Assembly (NCBI GenBank): GCA_026708055.1
Contig: JAPOVS010000018.1
Location: 17,799 to 81,798 of the forward strand
Direction of reading: 5' to 3'
Source of the DNA: a bacterium
GTDB taxonomy: Bacteria > Actinomycetota > Acidimicrobiia > Acidimicrobiales > CATQHL01
DNA: 64,000 nt
The position numbers and the translations under genes are program-made. Positions 55,876-64,000 of the stretch are shown here, one piece after another; within the stretch, counting starts at the first letter, position 1, and the number at the start of each line of letters is the position of its first letter. The notes under the pieces are model-generated. The model had not been told where the DNA came from. It worked only from the letters and a program-made list of their open reading frames with translations, and made no database searches.

Positions 55876-56375
55876 CCGCCGTCACTGAGATCCGGCTTCC
55901 CCAGTTCGGCATGGGGATGCAGGAGGGCACGATCATCACCTGGTTCAAGCGCGAGGGCGACCAGGTGGCGGCCGGCGAGGTCGTGGCCGAGATCGAGGCG
56001 GAGAAGGTCACCGAGGAGTTGGTTGCGACCGGCGGCGGGGTGCTCCAGCGCATCCTCGTGCCCGAGGGCGAGACCGTCGCCGTCAACGAGTTGCTGGCCG
56101 TGATCGGCCCCGCAGGAGCCGCCGCGGCGGACGCCGGTGAGCCGGTCGTCGGCGACGACGAGCCGGATCCCGCCGAGGATCCGCGCAAGACCGTCATGGA
56201 TTCCGGCCTTCGCCGGAATGACGACCCCGGTGACGGCCCCCGCCGGCAGGTCACACCCCGCGCCCGCCGCCTGGCCGCAGACCTTGGCGTGGACCTCGAC
56301 TCGGTGGCCGGTACCGGACCCGGCGGCCGCGTCACCGAGGACGACGTCACCGCGGCCGCAGCCGAAAGCGCCTGA
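55872..56375 (+). CDS. truncated E2: lipoyl domain plus peripheral-subunit-binding domain only, no acyltransferase catalytic domain
   Basis: ATG at 55872 forms an ATGA overlap. Lipoyl-lysine motif EIEAEKV. PSBD TPRARRLAADLGVDLDSVAGTGPGGRVTEDDV. The stop falls after 167 codons, and only ~150 bp remain before the next gene. Confidence 0.75.
   Translation: MTAVTEIRLPQFGMGMQEGTIITWFKREGDQVAAGEVVAEIEAEKVTEELVATGGGVLQRILVPEGETVAVNELLAVIGPAGAAAADAGEPVVGDDEPDPAEDPRKTVMDSGLRRNDDPGDGPRRQVTPRARRLAADLGVDLDSVAGTGPGGRVTEDDVTAAAAESA
56193..56225. repeat. REP-like palindromic element copy inserted in-frame in the E2 linker (encodes VMDSGLRRNDD)
   Basis: gtcatggattccggccttcgccggaatgacgac. Its core catggattccggccttcgccggaatgacg matches the reverse complement of the 19137-19166 copy at 27 of 29 aligned positions. 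Confidence 0.8.
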
Positions 56376-56396
56376 TCAGCCCCTCGCCAGCCCCCG

Positions 56397-56527
56397 CTAG
56401 TGTCCTGAGCCGGAAGTTCGTCGGAGGTATCTGGCGAGGTTAGCAAGCCTCTCAACAGCGGTTTCGTGCCAAGGCGAACGGTTGAGGCCACGCCATACCC
56501 TCATGAACTTGGAACTCAGGACACTAG
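56397..56527. mobile_element. MITE-like 131-bp element with 13-bp perfect terminal inverted repeats (CTAGTGTCCTGAG ... CTCAGGACACTAG)
   Basis: The TIRs lie at 56397-56409 and 56515-56527, and the match extends imperfectly (AAGTTC) inward. The interior has lower GC and no ORF. The element sits between the truncated E2 and the BVMO stop codon. Confidence 0.5.
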
Positions 56528-58173
56528 GGCGGATCGGCCGATCGGGTGAGGGTGAATCCCTCGTAGTCGTTGGCGGCGACCTCGTCGCAGGCGGCCCGGT
56601 AGTTGTGGGTCCCGCCTAGGTACATGGTGATGCCGCGGGGCTTGCCGGGGATGTTCGCCCCCGTCCACCACGAGTTCGTCTTGCCGACGATGCTCCGGGC
56701 GACGAGACCCTCGACGAGCGCGGTCCAGACGGCCTCGGCCTCGGGGTCGGCGTCGATGCGCTCGAAGCCGCGCTCGACCATGTGGGCGAGGCAGTCCGCG
56801 ATCCAGTCCACGTGCTGCTCGATCGACAGCATGACGTTGCTGAACACCGCCGGGCTGCCCGGCCCGGTGATCATGAACAGGTTCGGGAACCCGGAGGCGA
56901 CCAGGCCGATGTAGGTGCCCGCCCCGTCGGCCCACTTGTCCCGCAGCGCCAGCCCGCCGACCCCGCGGATGTCCATCGACAGCAGGGCACCGGTCATGCC
57001 GTCGAAACCTGTGGCGTAAACCAGCACGTCGAGGTCGTAGTGATCGTCTGACGTCCGGAGCCCCCGGGGCGTGATCTCGGTGATCGGCACCGCCTTCACG
57101 TCCACCAGCGTGACGTTGTCGCGGTTGTAGGTCTCGAAGTAGTCGATGTCGACGATCAGCCGCCGGGACCCGATCGGAAAGTCGATGTCCACGAGCTTCT
57201 CGGCCACCTCCTGGTTGTCGACCTTGGCCCGCACCTTGTCGCGCACGAACTGCGCGGCACGCTCGTTCGATTCGGGGTTGGTCAGGATGTCGTCGATGGT
57301 CATGGCGAAGCCCGGCCCTCCCCGCTGCCAGGAGGCCTCGAGAATCTCGGCGCGGGCGGCGGCGTCCAGGTCCGAGGAGGCCGGGACGATCGGGCGGGAC
57401 AGCCCGGCGGGGGACGTGCGCTTGAACTCCTGCCGCTCGCCGAAGCTGTCGCGGAGTTCCTGGCGGGCCTCGTCGTCGAGCGGGCGGTTGCGTGCCGGCA
57501 CGGTGTACTGGGCGGTGCGCTGGAAGACATAGACGTGCTCGGCCGTCCTGGCGACCTGGGGGATCACCTGCACGCCGCTGGAGCCGGTGCCGATCACCCC
57601 GACACGCTTGCCGGCCACGTCCACGCCCTCGGCGGGCCAGCGGGCGGTGTGGTGCTGCACCCCCGCGAACGTCTCGGCACCGGGGATCGTCGGCTTGTTC
57701 ACCTCCGACAGGCAGCCGGCCGCCGACACCAGGAACCGGGCCGATACCGTGGCCCCGCCCGACGTGTCGATGATCCAGCGGTTCGTGCCCTCGTCGAAGC
57801 TGGCCCGCTCCACCCGCGTGTCGAATTGGATATCGCGGCGCAGATCGAAGCGGTCAGCGACGTGATTGAAGTAGCGCTCCAGCTCCGGTTGGCTGGGGAA
57901 CCGCTCGGTCCAGTCCCACTCCTGCTCGAGCTCCTCGGAGAACGAGTAGCAGTAGTCCCAGCTCTCCACGTCGCAGCGGGCGCCGGGATAGCGGTTCCAG
58001 TACCACGTCCCCCCCACGCCGTCGCCCTGCTCGAACACCCGCACCGAGAGTCCGAGTCCCCGCAGCCGGTGCAGCGCGTAGAGCCCGGCCGCCCCGGCAC
58101 CGATGACGATGGCGTCGAAGTCGCCGCCAGGCTGCGCCCCGGCGCCGGTGGTCTCGTGGATCTCTGCAACCAT
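56524..58173 (-). CDS. type I Baeyer-Villiger monooxygenase (FAD/NADPH-dependent)
   Basis: ATG at 58173 inside ORF 56524..58734. Motifs GAGAAGL, GGTWYWNRYPGARCD, fingerprint FAGVQHHTARWP and GTGSSG. Confidence 0.85.
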   Translation of the reverse strand: MVAEIHETTGAGAQPGGDFDAIVIGAGAAGLYALHRLRGLGLSVRVFEQGDGVGGTWYWNRYPGARCDVESWDYCYSFSEELEQEWDWTERFPSQPELERYFNHVADRFDLRRDIQFDTRVERASFDEGTNRWIIDTSGGATVSARFLVSAAGCLSEVNKPTIPGAETFAGVQHHTARWPAEGVDVAGKRVGVIGTGSSGVQVIPQVARTAEHVYVFQRTAQYTVPARNRPLDDEARQELRDSFGERQEFKRTSPAGLSRPIVPASSDLDAAARAEILEASWQRGGPGFAMTIDDILTNPESNERAAQFVRDKVRAKVDNQEVAEKLVDIDFPIGSRRLIVDIDYFETYNRDNVTLVDVKAVPITEITPRGLRTSDDHYDLDVLVYATGFDGMTGALLSMDIRGVGGLALRDKWADGAGTYIGLVASGFPNLFMITGPGSPAVFSNVMLSIEQHVDWIADCLAHMVERGFERIDADPEAEAVWTALVEGLVARSIVGKTNSWWTGANIPGKPRGITMYLGGTHNYRAACDEVAANDYEGFTLTRSADPP

Positions 58174-58377
58174 GGCCGCCGAGAATCTAGCGGGATGATT
58201 CTGATGGGTCGGCCGTGCCCGGTACATCCTGCACGCCTCGGGCACGACGTTCCGCGAAGTCATGCAGGCCCGGTTGATTCTCGCGCCGCTGCGGCCCGGC
58301 CGGCCACCGAGCGGATCGACTGGTTCTGAGCACGACGGCTCGCCGCCTGTTTGGTGACAATTGACTACACTCTCACC

Positions 58378-58800
58378 ATGACTGTGCTGTCGATCCGGTT
58401 CAAGCGCCCGGGTGCCTACGAGAGACTCAAGCGGGGCGCCGCCCAGCGGGCCGAGTCGATCTCCTCGGTGGGAGAGCGTCTGATCGACGAGGGTCTGCGC
58501 ATGGAGGCTCATCCCGGAATCGTCTTCCGCGACGGGCCGAGCGGCCGGCGCGCCGGATTGGCCGCCGGGCCGGACGTGTGGGAGGTCGTCGGGTTGCTGC
58601 GGGGTCTGCGGGGCAGTGTCGAGGGACGGGTCGCCGCCGCGGCCGCCCAACTCGGCCTCACCGGCGCGCAGGTCCGGACGACCAGCCGGTACTACGCCGA
58701 GTTCACCGGCGAGGTCGACGCTGAGATCGCGCACAACGACGACATTGCCGACCGCGAGTTGGCCACCTGGGAGAATGAGCGCAGGCTGCTGTCGGGGTGA
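58378..58800 (+). CDS. RHH + DUF433-like putative antitoxin
   Basis: ATG at 58378 (MTVLSIRFKRPGAYERL). The DUF433-like segment is PGIVFRDGPSGRRAGLAAGPDVWEVV. A 4-nt overlap links it to the next gene. Confidence 0.5.
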   Translation: MTVLSIRFKRPGAYERLKRGAAQRAESISSVGERLIDEGLRMEAHPGIVFRDGPSGRRAGLAAGPDVWEVVGLLRGLRGSVEGRVAAAAAQLGLTGAQVRTTSRYYAEFTGEVDAEIAHNDDIADRELATWENERRLLSG

Positions 58801-59177
58801 GGCTCCTCCTCGACGAGATGCACGCCCCGCGGGTCGCGGCCCGGCTGCGAGACCGGGGACACGACGCCGTCGCCGTCAAGGGGCGTGCAGAGCTCATCGG
58901 AATGTCCGACGAGGATTTGCTGCGCGCCGCGACGGCCGATGAGCGAGCAGTGATCACCGAGAACGTCAAGGACTTCGCCCCGCTGCACCAGCACATCGCG
59001 GCTGCCGGGCAGCGGCACTCGGGGCTGATCTTCACCCATCCTCGCCGGTTCCCCCGCTCCGCCCCGGACCATGTGCGAGTCCTAGCCGATGCACTCGATG
59101 CCTTCCTCGTCGAACACGGTCCCGAACTCGACGATGTCGGGATGTTCGTGTGGTGGCTCAAGCCAGCGAACCGATAA
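58797..59177 (+). CDS. DUF5615-family PIN-like protein (putative toxin)
   Basis: Sequence MRLLLDEMHAPRVAARLRDRGHDAV...DEDLLRAATADERAVITENVKDF. Confidence 0.55.
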   Translation: MRLLLDEMHAPRVAARLRDRGHDAVAVKGRAELIGMSDEDLLRAATADERAVITENVKDFAPLHQHIAAAGQRHSGLIFTHPRRFPRSAPDHVRVLADALDAFLVEHGPELDDVGMFVWWLKPANR

Positions 59178-59314
59178 GCACAGGCCCGGGTACGGCGGCC
59201 ACGGTCAGATCCCAGCGGCTGCCGCCGGGGCCGCCACGTCGGTGACGACTTCCAAGCACGCTCAGAGCGATGCCGGCGCCAGTGGGTCCGGGCCGGCTCG
59301 GCGAGCGGGCGGCG

Positions 59315-59701
59315 TCAAGCGCGCAGGTCTCGCCAGGTCCAGGCGGCTCCGTCCACGAGCAGTTCGGGATCGCCGGTCCACAGCGTGGCGCCGTGAGCGG
59401 CGGCGGTGGCGGCAGCGAAGCAATCGGCATACGACATCCGGTGGTCGGCCTTGATCCGAGCGGCTTCCATCACCCGGCGGGAGGTCGGAAGCTCGGCTGC
59501 CACGATGTCCTGCAGGTCTCGGACAACCGACTCCGCCGCGAGCTGCCCGTGATTGCGTCGGACGATGTAGTAGACCTCACCGAGGTTGATCCAGCTGATC
59601 GTCGGAATTTCCGAGTCCAGGAGTCGTCGAACCGCCGACGCAGCCGGTTCGTTCCCCTCCAGGAATTCGATGACCGCCCAACTGTCCAGAACTACCGCCA
59701 C
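59315..59701 (-). CDS. vapC: PIN-domain ribonuclease toxin
   Basis: Sequence MAVVLDSWAVIEF...SYADCFAAATAAAHGATLWTGDPEL. It overlaps the upstream antitoxin gene by 10 nt. Confidence 0.75.
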   Translation of the reverse strand: MAVVLDSWAVIEFLEGNEPAASAVRRLLDSEIPTISWINLGEVYYIVRRNHGQLAAESVVRDLQDIVAAELPTSRRVMEAARIKADHRMSYADCFAAATAAAHGATLWTGDPELLVDGAAWTWRDLRA

Positions 59702-59928
59702 GCGGCGTCTTCTCTGCGTCGATCCGCGTCGCGCCCCGCCAACAGTTGTTCGGCCATACCGGAGTCACCGAATCTGCCCATCAGAGTCTCCGGGCTGCGC
59801 ACGGGCCGCAGCGCCACATGATCGTCGCAGTCCCAGAAGCTCACCTCGTCGCCGGGCTCGATCCCGAACCGATCACGCAACTCCTTGGGAATCACGACCT
59901 GCCCCTTGGCCCCTACCGTGTGAGTCAT
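59692..59928 (-). CDS. vapB: AbrB/MazE/SpoVT-family antitoxin
   Basis: ATG at 59928. The GQVVIPKELRDRFGIEPGDEV swapped-hairpin motif is present. Confidence 0.75.
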   Translation of the reverse strand: MTHTVGAKGQVVIPKELRDRFGIEPGDEVSFWDCDDHVALRPVRSPETLMGRFGDSGMAEQLLAGRDADRRREDAAWR

Positions 59929-59974
59929 ACCGATAAGTATAACCAATCATGGCGCTCGCTACAGAAATCGGCCG

Positions 59975-62323
59975 TCACTCCAGGGCGAGGCCGATGCGGC
60001 GGAGTTCGTCGAGGCGCGTCTCGGGGGCGTCGGGGGCGTAGTCGCCGGGGGTGTAGGTGACCTCGTGGAGTTGGCCGGTGTATGGGAAGCTGCCGCGGCG
60101 TTGGTAGAGCTGCCACGAGACCGGTGATCGGCGGTCGATGCCGACGTCGATGCCCTCGAAGGGCAGGAACTCCGAGAGCTGCACCAGGCCCTGGCCGGAG
60201 ATGGCGGTCCGGCCGTCGACGATCACGTCGAGGTCCCAGCGGTGGCCGCCGGGGGCCCGCACGTCGATGAGGATCCCGGCGCATGCACCGAGGGGCGCCG
60301 GCGCCAGCGGGTTCGGCCGGCCGGCCTCGTTCAACTCGAAGCAGAGCCGGTCGTCCTCGACGTAGAGCACGTACCCGGCCTCCTGGCCGCCGTGGGCGAC
60401 CAGCACCCCCTCGTCGCCGGGCCGGTGCTCGAGTCGGATGTCGATGCGGAACGACCGGCCCCCGATCAGCCGCTGGGAACGCACCCGTTCCAGGGTGGGC
60501 GCACCCGGTGTGAGCCGCACCGCTCGGGCGAACCGCTCGTCGCCGGGCGGCCGCATCGCCGTCTTCAGCCCCACCCCCTCGTCGAGCGGGAACACCCGGT
60601 TCCGCCAGGCCGCGTCCTCCCAACCTTGCAGCATCTCCGCCAGCTTCTCGGGGTACTCGGCGGCGACATCGCGCAGCTCGTTGAGGTCAGTGGGCAGGTT
60701 GAACAGCTCCCACTGATCCTCGCTGAACGGGGTCCGGTTCCGGTGGAACGTCACCGCCGCCCACCCGTCGCGGTAGAAGGCCCGATGGCCGACGCACTCG
60801 TAGTACTGCTCGTCGCGCAGCGACGGCGCGGCCGGGTCGGTCAGCGACGCCGCGAACGACACCCCCGACAGCGGCTCCGCCTCGAGACCCTCCCGTTGGC
60901 TCGGCACCTCGAGCCCCAGCAGGTCCGCCAGCGTGGGCAGGAGATCGGTGACGTTGGCGTACTGGTCACGGATCACCCGGGGCTGCCCGACGGGCCCCGC
61001 CGGCCACGACAGCACGAACGGCACCGAGTGCCCGCCCCGGTAGGTCATGAGCTTGTACAGCCGGAACGGCGTGTTGCAGGCCATGGCCCAGCCCCGCGGG
61101 TAGTGCGGCCAGGTGGTCGGCCCGCCGATCGCGTCGATGCCTGCAACCAGCTCGTCGTCGATCGGCTCACCGTGCCCGCCAGGGGTGCCCGATATCTCGC
61201 CGACGGCCTGGAAGTAGGAGGGCGTTCCCCACTCGCCGCCCTCCCGTGACGCCCCGTTGTCACTGGTGAAGACGAAGATCGTGTCGTCGAGTTCGCCCAG
61301 GTCCTCGAGCGTGTCGCGGATGGCGGCCACGCTGCGATCGACCGAGGTGACCATCGCCGCGTACACCTCCATGTAGCGCGCCATGACCTTGCGCTGGTTC
61401 GCCGACAGCGAGTCCCACTCCCTGACGTCCTCGCCGGGCTCGGTGTTGCGCGGTGGCAGCACCGTGCCGGGGGGCACGATCCCCAACTCGATCTGCCGGG
61501 CCAGCCGCTCTTCGCGCAGCCGGTCCCAACCGCCGTCGTAGCGACCCCGGTGGCGGGCGATGTCGGCGGCGGGGGCGTGCAGCGGCGCGTGCACCGCCCC
61601 GTGGGCGTAGTACAGGAGGAAAGGCTTGTCCGGGTCGCCGAGGCGCACCTCACGGATCATGCGCACCGCACGCTCGGTGAGATCGTCGGTCAGGTAGTAG
61701 CCCTCGGGGTACTCGTCGGTCTGCACGGCGCTGTTGCCCTCGTACAGCCGGTGCGGGTGGTGGAAGTTCGTGAGCGCCTCGAGGAACCCGTAGTACTGGT
61801 CGAAGCCGCGCTGCAGCGGCCACGAATTCCTGTCGCCGGCATCGGAGAGGTCGGCGGGAGTGCACAGGTGCCACTTCCCCACCGCCAGGGTGGCGTACCC
61901 GTTTGCGCGCATCATCTCCGCCAGCGACGGCTGGTTGCGCGGCAACTCGCCGGCATAGCCGGGGAAGCCGGGATCGGCGTTGGCCACGAACCCCATCCCG
62001 GCCAGATGCGGGTTCAGTCCCGTCAACAGCGCCGCCCGCGTCGGCGAGCACATGGGGGTCACGTGGAAGTTCGAGTAGCGGAGCCCCGCCGCGGCCAGGG
62101 TGTCGATCGCCGGCGTGGGAATCTCCGAGCCGTAGCACCCCACGTCGGAATAGCCCAGGTCGTCGGCCAGCACGATCACGACGTTCGGCGAACCGGCGGC
62201 CGCGGCCGGCTTCTGTGGCCACCACGGCTCCGAGGTGGAGAACACCCGGCCGATCCGCCCCTCGAATCCCGGATAGTGCTCGCTCTGCAGGTCGCTGGAC
62301 ACGTCTCTCCCCTGGTCAATCAA
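59975..62323 (-). CDS. arylsulfatase (formylglycine-dependent sulfatase family, 782 aa)
   Basis: Motif VLADDLGYSDVGCYG and the sulfatase signature MCSPTRAALLTG. Confidence 0.9.
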   Translation of the reverse strand: MIDQGRDVSSDLQSEHYPGFEGRIGRVFSTSEPWWPQKPAAAAGSPNVVIVLADDLGYSDVGCYGSEIPTPAIDTLAAAGLRYSNFHVTPMCSPTRAALLTGLNPHLAGMGFVANADPGFPGYAGELPRNQPSLAEMMRANGYATLAVGKWHLCTPADLSDAGDRNSWPLQRGFDQYYGFLEALTNFHHPHRLYEGNSAVQTDEYPEGYYLTDDLTERAVRMIREVRLGDPDKPFLLYYAHGAVHAPLHAPAADIARHRGRYDGGWDRLREERLARQIELGIVPPGTVLPPRNTEPGEDVREWDSLSANQRKVMARYMEVYAAMVTSVDRSVAAIRDTLEDLGELDDTIFVFTSDNGASREGGEWGTPSYFQAVGEISGTPGGHGEPIDDELVAGIDAIGGPTTWPHYPRGWAMACNTPFRLYKLMTYRGGHSVPFVLSWPAGPVGQPRVIRDQYANVTDLLPTLADLLGLEVPSQREGLEAEPLSGVSFAASLTDPAAPSLRDEQYYECVGHRAFYRDGWAAVTFHRNRTPFSEDQWELFNLPTDLNELRDVAAEYPEKLAEMLQGWEDAAWRNRVFPLDEGVGLKTAMRPPGDERFARAVRLTPGAPTLERVRSQRLIGGRSFRIDIRLEHRPGDEGVLVAHGGQEAGYVLYVEDDRLCFELNEAGRPNPLAPAPLGACAGILIDVRAPGGHRWDLDVIVDGRTAISGQGLVQLSEFLPFEGIDVGIDRRSPVSWQLYQRRGSFPYTGQLHEVTYTPGDYAPDAPETRLDELRRIGLALE

Positions 62324-62455
62324 GTCAGCTTGCGGGCCGACCGACTCTCGATCCGCCAGCCCGGCAACCTACTCCCGCCGGCAGCAACGGCCTCGCCGGT
62401 GCGCCGGCGGCGTCACATTGCCATACATTCACTGCGGTCTCACGGAGGGGAAGCC

Positions 62456-63229
62456 ATGAACCGATTCGAGGACAAGGTCGTGATCGTGACCGGCGCGGCA
62501 GGCGGCATCGGGCGGGCCGCGGCGCTGCGCTTCGGCGCCGAGGGCGCGGCCGTCGTGGCGGTCGACCTGGACGATGACGGGATGGCCGGGACCGTCGCCG
62601 CGGTCGCGGCGGCCGGCGGGACGGCCCATGCGGTTCGGGCCGATGTGACGCAGTCGGGCGACGTGGAGGCCTACGTGCAGACGGCCGTCGACCGCTTCGG
62701 CGGCGTGGACGTGCTGTTCAACAACGCCGGCGTCGAAGGGGTGGTCTCGCCGCTCGAGGACTACCCCGAGGACGTGTTCGACAACGTCATGGCCGTGAAC
62801 GTGAAGGGCGTCTGGCTCGGCATGCGCCACGTCGCCGTCGCCATGCGGGCCCGCGGCGGCGGCGCCATCGTGAATGCATCGTCGGGCGCCGGGTTGCGCG
62901 GCACGCCGGAACTGATCGCCTACGGCGCCAGCAAGCACGCGGTGATCGGCATGACCGCGACCGCGGCGATCGAGCTGGCGCCGGCCGGGATCCGGGTGAA
63001 CGCCGTCTGCCCCGGGCCCGTCGACACCCGCATGCTGGAGGCGATCGCGGCCGGCAAGTTCCCCGAGGACCCGGACCTGTTCCTGAAGCGAAGCGACGAG
63101 CGGAACCCCATGGGTCGGCGGGGCAGACCCGAGGAGGTCGTCGCCCTCGTGACCTTCCTGGCATCGGACGACGCCTCGTACATAAACGGCGGCTGGCACA
63201 CCGTGGATGGCGGGTGGGCAGCCGGCTGA
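62456..63229 (+). CDS. SDR-family oxidoreductase
   Basis: ATG at 62456 with GGAGGGG upstream. Motifs TGAAGGIG, NNAG, YGASKHAV and PGPVDT. Confidence 0.85.
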   Translation: MNRFEDKVVIVTGAAGGIGRAAALRFGAEGAAVVAVDLDDDGMAGTVAAVAAAGGTAHAVRADVTQSGDVEAYVQTAVDRFGGVDVLFNNAGVEGVVSPLEDYPEDVFDNVMAVNVKGVWLGMRHVAVAMRARGGGAIVNASSGAGLRGTPELIAYGASKHAVIGMTATAAIELAPAGIRVNAVCPGPVDTRMLEAIAAGKFPEDPDLFLKRSDERNPMGRRGRPEEVVALVTFLASDDASYINGGWHTVDGGWAAG

Positions 63230-63332
63230 ACGGAAGCCACCCCGACGTGCACAGGAATCAAACATTTGGTAGTTTCTCTGCGAACTGATTGCCCTGCTAG
63301 GGAGCTTGGCAACAAACGTTGAGGGGACTGAC

Positions 63333-64000
63333 ATGAGGACACGATCACGGCTCTTCGCACTTCTCGGCATTCTGCTGGCGTTTTCGCTGCTGGCCACGGC
63401 GTGCGCAGGCGACGACGACGAACCCTCGGCTCCTGATCCCGGGGCCGCGCCGGCTGCGCCTGCCGGTGAGGCCGAGGACATGGACGACGCCGAGGAGATG
63501 GATGACGCGGCCCCGGCTCCCGCTCCGGCCGCCGACGACGATGCGGCCCCGGCTCCGCCTCCCGCTGCAGACGACGCAGCCCCGGCAGATGACGACGCCG
63601 AGCCGGCCACCGCAGCCGACGCCGCCGAGCCGATGGTGATCGGCCCGCCGGAGGTGGACCTGATCCGGGTGTGTGCAGCGCCGTCGTTCACCCAGATGTA
63701 TGCGGAGGTCATGGTCTCGCAGGGATTCCTCTCCGATCGGGGGACCGATATCGAGTTCGTGGCGTGCTTGTCGGGTCCGGCGCAGGCCGCGGCGTTGGTC
63801 TCGAGACAGGTCGACATCGCACTGAACACCCCCGACAACATGCTGGGTATCCGCAACGCCGATTTCGATGTGGTCATGTTCGCCCAGATCGTCGACACCC
63901 ATTTCTTCGACATCGTGGTGTCGAACAACTTCGGGCAGATCGACTGCGCCGAGGGTGACTGGGAGTGCGCGATGGCCGCACTCGAGGGCACCCGGGTCGG
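63333..64000 (+). CDS. ABC transporter substrate-binding lipoprotein, NMT1/sulfonate-nitrate-taurine type, 5' part (continues past the window)
   Basis: My own translation from ATG 63333 (GAGGGGA upstream) gives MRTRSRLFALLGILLAFSLLATAC, then an Asp/Ala/Pro-rich linker, then ...IRVCAAPSFTQMYAEVMVSQGFLSDRG... The frame stays open to the window end and is absent from the ORF track. Confidence 0.5.
   Translation, partial: MRTRSRLFALLGILLAFSLLATACAGDDDEPSAPDPGAAPAAPAGEAEDMDDAEEMDDAAPAPAPAADDDAAPAPPPAADDAAPADDDAEPATAADAAEPMVIGPPEVDLIRVCAAPSFTQMYAEVMVSQGFLSDRGTDIEFVACLSGPAQAAALVSRQVDIALNTPDNMLGIRNADFDVVMFAQIVDTHFFDIVVSNNFGQIDCAEGDWECAMAALEGTRV

Noticed and set aside
59975-64000. Arylsulfatase plus an NMT1/sulfonate-type binding lipoprotein as a sulfur-scavenging unit lacking a formylglycine-generating enzyme.
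   Set aside because: The maturase (FGE or anSME) may simply be encoded elsewhere. The intervening SDR and the window edge prevent any operon-level claim, so this is ordinary gene content.

Overview
High-GC (~70%) chromosomal segment that looks actinobacterial in style: frequent GTG/TTG starts, many 1-4 nt gene overlaps, and lipoproteins carrying long Pro/Ala linkers. The taxon cannot be verified from here. I call about 60 protein-coding genes and see no rRNA, tRNA or CRISPR array. In order along the window:

- **1-4.3 kb:** menaquinone genes menF'(partial)-menD-menC-menB.
- **4.3-9.9 kb:** a branched-chain-amino-acid-type ABC importer with a triple-fused LivH-LivM-LivG polypeptide.
- **9.9-11.2 kb:** a PatB/MalY-type aminotransferase.
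- **11.2-15.6 kb:** zur plus a znuC / znuA / znuB zinc importer. ZnuA carries a ~450-bp nucleotide-perfect His/Asp/Glu tandem repeat and ZnuC has a Cys/His-rich tail.
- **15.5-26.4 kb:** a complete N-methylglutamate-pathway-type cluster. It holds a soxBDAG-like dehydrogenase, an XRE-cupin regulator, a GS-like gmaS, a class-II amidotransferase and a fused GXGXG + FMN glutamate-synthase-like gene.
- **26.4-31.1 kb:** small miscellaneous genes (YbjQ, VOC, YibE/F, an Ig-like secreted protein).
- **31.3-35.0 kb:** a ribose-type sugar ABC importer.
- **35.2-41.3 kb:** a PucR-linked operon of hydantoin racemase / DUF917 / HyuA-like protein / M19 dipeptidase.
- **41.9-45.8 kb:** divergent from that operon, a three-subunit xanthine-dehydrogenase-family molybdoenzyme followed by a MoaD/ThiS-like GG protein.
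- **45.9-52.1 kb:** mtnA, two SDRs, YjbR, a DEAD-box helicase, DUF2461 and a haloalkane-dehalogenase-like hydrolase.
- **52.2-59.9 kb:** three toxin-antitoxin pairs interleaved with a MaoC dehydratase, E1alpha/E1beta, a truncated lipoyl-only E2 and a Baeyer-Villiger monooxygenase.
- **60.0-64.0 kb:** an arylsulfatase, an SDR and a partial NMT1-type binding lipoprotein.

The most notable non-genic structure:

- A REP-like palindromic element family, with four copies inside the sox operon and one inserted in-frame in the E2 linker.
- A 131-bp MITE-like element with 13-bp perfect terminal inverted repeats.
- Several perfect tandem repeats inside coding 5' ends or loops.
- At least four gene remnants.

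All functional calls rest on by-eye motif recognition and gene context. No database search was run.
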